Part shown: positions 60,028 to 64,000 of the stretch, one piece after another
Layout of the letters: every line of letters begins with the position of its first letter
Numbering within the stretch: the first letter of the stretch is position 1
DNA from: Carpediemonas membranifera BICM
Lineage: Eukaryota; Protista; Fornicata
Reading direction: 5' to 3'
Length of the DNA stretch: 64,000 nt
NCBI GenBank assembly: GCA_019828565.1
Contig: JAHDYR010000005.1
Span: 1,631,992 to 1,695,991, forward strand
Program-made: the position numbers and the translations under genes
The notes under the pieces: model-generated
What the model was told of the DNA's origin: nothing
The model's database searches: none
Seen by the model: only the letters and a program-made list of their open reading frames with translations

Positions 60028-61006
60028 TCATGGTTTCCGTATCAAGACAGCCATCCAGATCTCGACTGCAGGATCCGCAAAAGTCTTGATCGATCCATAC
60101 GACTGATCTATCGTATCCACATTCAAATTGGCCATAGCATCTCGCGTGTACCTTGCGACCTTGTGGGTCACAGGCACTCCATCAAACGAAAGCTCCTGAA
60201 TGAGCTCGTCATAACGGGCCGCTACAGACAGCACGAGGCCGGCTTTGGCGCACTCTTCGCGTAGGCTGGGGATGTGTACAAGGTTGACCACCTCCTCCCA
60301 GCCGTAGACCTCGACGTGGGCGCATACTCCCCATTTGCTGGTGCGGTATGATGGATCTAAATGGCGCAGTTTAACGCCAGGCCAGACCTTGTTGGACTTT
60401 TGGTCAGCGTAGACCCGAGCGATGGTGCCGGCGTCGATCAGTTCACCGAAGAGACAGCCACCAGATTGTAAGCTTGCGCTTGCCCAAGTTAGGAAAGCTC
60501 TGGTGGTATTTGGCTCAGCAAAGAACTCGTGGAAGTTCTCAAAGCAGAACATATGATGGACCGGGGGCGATATTGCAGGCATTTGGAATGTTTGAGTGAA
60601 TAGCATCAGGCTGGGGGGCAGACCTTCGCGGGGGACAGCTGCCGATTGAAGGAGATTCAACGACATCCCTATCTTAAGAGCCTTGGCAGTTTCTACCATC
60701 CTTTTGATGCGATACATCGTTGTTTTGCCACTCACAAGGTTCCTTTTGTCGGATGACTGACGCACAGAGTTGACGTACACGTGAAACTGGACAACGCCTT
60801 GAGTCATGAACCTCTCCATGTCTAAAAAATCAATAAAGTTGAGGATGGCGATGTGCCATTTGGGGCTAATATACTCCTTGTCCCCAAACGAGTGCTTCTC
60901 GGGTGGAATAAGAGTATCTATTGCCAGTTGACGTCCCCACTGCGTAAGTTGATGAACTGCCCATACAAACCTTCCGCAGCAAGTCCGGGTTGTTCATTTT
61001 GCTCAT
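60028..61006 (-). CDS. Degenerate mRNA cap guanine-N7 methyltransferase-like protein, complement(join(60028..60939,60971..61006)), 315 aa
   Basis: CFENFHEFF..TRAFL..ASASLQSGGCLFG..IDA and NLVHIPSL..CAKAGLVL align to RNMT/Abd1. The frame stays open 5' of 60819 up to a 31-nt intron. Confidence 0.7.
60940..60970 (-). other. Spliceosomal intron (31 nt)
   Basis: GTTTGT...CTTACGCAG. Phase-0 join of MSKMNNPDLLRK to WGRQLAIDTL. Confidence 0.75.
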
Positions 61007-61150
61007 CCCGACAGCTTGCGAGCATAAACTGCACTTTGCAGAAAAACACCGGAGTGACCCTAGGCACCTTATCCGAGCGAGCCCGGGGTCCGTAGGCGAT
61101 GGCTGACCACGCCATCGAATCAGATCCGGACCGTTCTTGAGAACGAGTAC

Positions 61151-62242
61151 ATGGCAGCCGCTGGTCAAAGCTACACTATTGGTTCCCTGAATGTCCACTT
61201 CTTTGAATGTGAAGCTAATCACGATATATGCTCCTTTTTCGCCACGGATATTGCGAAGAGCGGCCACAGGCTGGATGTCTTATGTGTCCAGGAGTGCATC
61301 CTGAATCATCTGTGTACCAGGCCGAACGGACGAACATATAGCATCGAAATATGCCCCTTTTACGCCGGAAAGAAGGGTGAGAATGCCGAGAGGATCGAGC
61401 TCTACTACACCATGACGGAGGATGAGGTCGAACGCCACCTATGCGCCTCCTTTGGTGTCTCTCCACAGGCCATAACCATCTACGAACAGCCTAAAGAATC
61501 ATCCACGCGCGTTCCACTGACTCATCACGCTCTCCGCAGGCACATGACCAAGCCATGCTATATCAGACTCAACCCAGACCATGGGCCGGCCACCGTTGGG
61601 CAGGAGTATACACTGGGCAGACTAGCGCATACCCTGGACATGCCCTATGTGGCTTTCGGGACATCTATGCCTGGGAACCTCGGATTCTTCGGCAATGCAG
61701 TGCTTTCGAGAGTACCGTTCACCGAGGCAATGTGCCGACAGCTAGAGAGCACACCAGAGCTGCAGGTATCATGCCCACCACCATGGGAGTATCCTCAGAC
61801 GAGAGGTCTGACCACAGTCTGTCTCCCTGGCCTCAGGCTTGCTGTCGTTCATCTAGACCATGTTTACGAGCAACTCCGGACACATCAATTGATTACTGTG
61901 GCTGAGACACTCTCTGGCTCGGCGCCGACCCTTCTTATCGGCGACTTCAACAGCCTCCGACAGTGTGACTACTCTGAAAGCCAGTGGGCTAGCATCGTCT
62001 CGATCAGAGAGAAGAATAGGTGGGAGGAGCCTCGACCCGAAGTCATGGAGACAGCACTCAGCCTGGGCTTCCGAGACAGCTTTTATGAGGTCAATCCGAA
62101 TGCTCTACCCGCCCCTACATGTCGCTTCAACACCAGGGTTGACTATGGCATGTTGAAGGGGGCGATTAGTGCGTTGGAGTACGGGACATATCACAGTCAT
62201 AGTGACCATCAGCTGCTGGTGGTTAAGGTAAAGGTCGGGTGA
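61151..62242 (+). CDS. Endonuclease/exonuclease/phosphatase (EEP) family protein with internal insertion
   Basis: GSLNVH, DVLCVQE, GNAVLSR, VHLDH, IGDFNS, RVDY and SDH are all present in order. Confidence 0.92.
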   Translation: MAAAGQSYTIGSLNVHFFECEANHDICSFFATDIAKSGHRLDVLCVQECILNHLCTRPNGRTYSIEICPFYAGKKGENAERIELYYTMTEDEVERHLCASFGVSPQAITIYEQPKESSTRVPLTHHALRRHMTKPCYIRLNPDHGPATVGQEYTLGRLAHTLDMPYVAFGTSMPGNLGFFGNAVLSRVPFTEAMCRQLESTPELQVSCPPPWEYPQTRGLTTVCLPGLRLAVVHLDHVYEQLRTHQLITVAETLSGSAPTLLIGDFNSLRQCDYSESQWASIVSIREKNRWEEPRPEVMETALSLGFRDSFYEVNPNALPAPTCRFNTRVDYGMLKGAISALEYGTYHSHSDHQLLVVKVKVG

Positions 62243-62322
62243 GGGTTTGGGTGGTAAATGTGTGGATGGTGCTAGGTGGCGGGCTGGAATGGGGTGGGGG
62301 AGGGGATGGAGTCAGCCATTAT

Positions 62323-63249
62323 ATGACAATCCTCGGTTTTCTCAAGATCCGATGCGATTTTGGTCCAGTGGCTCATCCTTCGTGCAACTCAACAACGATG
62401 CACCCGTTTCATTACTTTAAGGTCGTTGGAGCGTGCTTCGGCTTCCTTTCTATCCTTTCTTGGATTTTTAGTGCTGCGCCGCAAGTAATCAAGAACTTCA
62501 GGCGCCAAAGCACCGAGGGATTCTCTATTTTCTTCATGAGTTACTGGTTTCTCGGCGATCTGACCAATCTCATTGGTGCGATCATCACAGGCGCGGTATG
62601 GACACAAATCCTGCAGGCTGTATACTTCTGTTCGATGGATACCGTCCTTCTTTTACAATTCCTTCTGTTCAACCGCCACGTTTGGCCGCGGATCACAGCT
62701 TTCATCAAGCGAATCCTTCGGGGAAGCCCCAGTCCGGCCGAAGACAGTGATGGCGACTCGCGTCCCCTCTTAGATGAAGTCAGCCTGGCATCTCTGAGCC
62801 CGCTCCTCGTGCTGATTGGGATACACCTTACTAGCCACCAGAGGCATGACCTCGGCGTTGCTCAGGGCATCCTCGGTGAACTTATCGGCTACGTGAGTGC
62901 TTTGTGCTACCTGTCGAGCCGTGTACCGCAAGTTTACCACAACATCAAGGCACACAGTGTAGATGGGATAAGCCCTCTCATGTTTGTCCTGGCTGTGTGC
63001 GGGAACGGTACATATGTTATCAGTATCATACTCAGTGCTCCGTACGAACATGGCTGGAGTACCGTCAAGTCCTTTTTCCTCAGGGAAATCCCATGGATCT
63101 TGGGGTCGGCCGGAACGTTCGTGTTTGATTTCACCATCATCATTCAGTGCTTTTACTACATCTTGATAAGGCCAAGGTTTGTTAAGCCTGCTGCACATGA
63201 GGATGAGGCGGACCTCTTGGAAGCGAGCGAAGATGAGCAGGCTTTATAA
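62323..63249 (+). CDS. PQ-loop lysosomal amino-acid transporter (PQLC2/Ypq-like)
   Basis: Two PQ motifs (APQVIKNF..STEGFS, RVPQVYHN..SVDGIS), WILGSAGT..FDF, dileucine signals DSRPLL and DEADLL. Start is 62323 or 62398. Confidence 0.9.
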   Translation: MTILGFLKIRCDFGPVAHPSCNSTTMHPFHYFKVVGACFGFLSILSWIFSAAPQVIKNFRRQSTEGFSIFFMSYWFLGDLTNLIGAIITGAVWTQILQAVYFCSMDTVLLLQFLLFNRHVWPRITAFIKRILRGSPSPAEDSDGDSRPLLDEVSLASLSPLLVLIGIHLTSHQRHDLGVAQGILGELIGYVSALCYLSSRVPQVYHNIKAHSVDGISPLMFVLAVCGNGTYVISIILSAPYEHGWSTVKSFFLREIPWILGSAGTFVFDFTIIIQCFYYILIRPRFVKPAAHEDEADLLEASEDEQAL

Positions 63250-63308
63250 AACGGGATATTTACCACTGACAGGTTGATATACATGTTACATACGGTCATA
63301 CAGTAACT

Positions 63309-63884
63309 CTAATCCGCCCTGAAGCTTCCAACTGGCGACATCAACAGTGTGGTCTCCTCCGACCTAAGCTTAGCCTCAGCAGCAGCAGACACCCTTCCAG
63401 CGAAGTCGTTGAGTACACCCCGCAGGCTGTCCAGTCTCTCTGGTGCAAGGTTAGTCTGATACGAGGCCATTGAGGCGAACAATGCGGGGAGGTGGGGTAA
63501 GTCTGCAGTTTCTGTGTCCTTGGTGAGCCAGAGGATGAAGCACGAGGAGTGAGGAATAGCCCCGTCAACGATCTTTTGGTACCAGAAGGCGAGGCTGTCC
63601 ACACAGCCGGGGTTGTTGGGGTTGAGCACAATGACTGCTCCATGGACGGCTTTGCGGACAAGAATGAAGTTGTTCACTGCGGAAGCTTCGCCAGAAAGGT
63701 CCCATATTTGAAGATTAATGGGCTCATCGTCAGCAATTGCAGTGGTTTCCACGATTCGGAGGTTCTTGGTCGGATCGTACTTGACAGCAGGAGTATCGCG
63801 GAGACCGGCCCACATCATGGATACCTGTGTTTTACCCACCATGTTTGGTCCACAGAGAACGATTCTAGTCGGCAGAGAAGCCAT
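63309..63884 (-). CDS. IFT22: IFT22/RABL5-like atypical small GTPase
   Basis: IVLCGPNMVGKT, YDPTKNLRIVE, IWDLSG. No NKxD motif and no prenylation Cys. Confidence 0.7.
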   Translation of the reverse strand: MASLPTRIVLCGPNMVGKTQVSMMWAGLRDTPAVKYDPTKNLRIVETTAIADDEPINLQIWDLSGEASAVNNFILVRKAVHGAVIVLNPNNPGCVDSLAFWYQKIVDGAIPHSSCFILWLTKDTETADLPHLPALFASMASYQTNLAPERLDSLRGVLNDFAGRVSAAAEAKLRSEETTLLMSPVGSFRAD

Positions 63885-64000
63885 TTTTTCTGATTTGTGC
63901 AATGAAGGATGGCGAAAACTGCGATGTCACTCGGACCCCACAATAGCACGGGAGGGAGGTGCTGGCGAAGTAGGTGTCATTTGAGCGCCAAGCTGACTCA

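Noticed and set aside
62237-62310. G-rich spacer with G4 potential
   Set aside because: G/T skew is common at gene ends in this window, and nothing else supports a function.
1-64000. CRISPR arrays, rRNA, transposases, viral hallmark genes
   Set aside because: None seen. The only regular repeats are protein-coding.

Overview
Gene-dense eukaryotic DNA: standard genetic code, short intergenic gaps, about 35 protein genes, two convergent tRNA genes, and a few short introns with GT(A/T)TGT donors. Gene content (importin-alpha, exportin-7, IFT22, TTBK, CLC-6/7, PQ-loop, GH20) and intron signals point to a flagellated metamonad. A Carpediemonas-like fornicate is my inference, not verified. The main unexplained signal is a dispersed five-member gene family (576-2120, 2433-4118, 15199-16740, 25924-27525, 31328-33256) that couples a cryptic F-box-like motif to an RCC1-type beta-propeller. 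One member has textbook F-box spacing and intact RCC1 repeats. The other four share a novel N-terminal helical domain, a Pro-to-Leu modified F-box with a variable-length insert, and a degenerate propeller. This looks like an expanded, diversifying SCF-adaptor repertoire. Other points: an identical inverted duplication of an IBB-less importin-alpha gene, introns that reveal THUMPD1/Tan1, TTBK and a probable pseudo-enzymatic cap methyltransferase, several bacterial-type genes (DUF1353-like, YeeE/YedE half, MepA-like MATE, maltose acetyltransferase), two large surface proteins, and a tRNA-Trp with an A31:C39 mismatch. All family calls are by eye from motifs. No searches were run.
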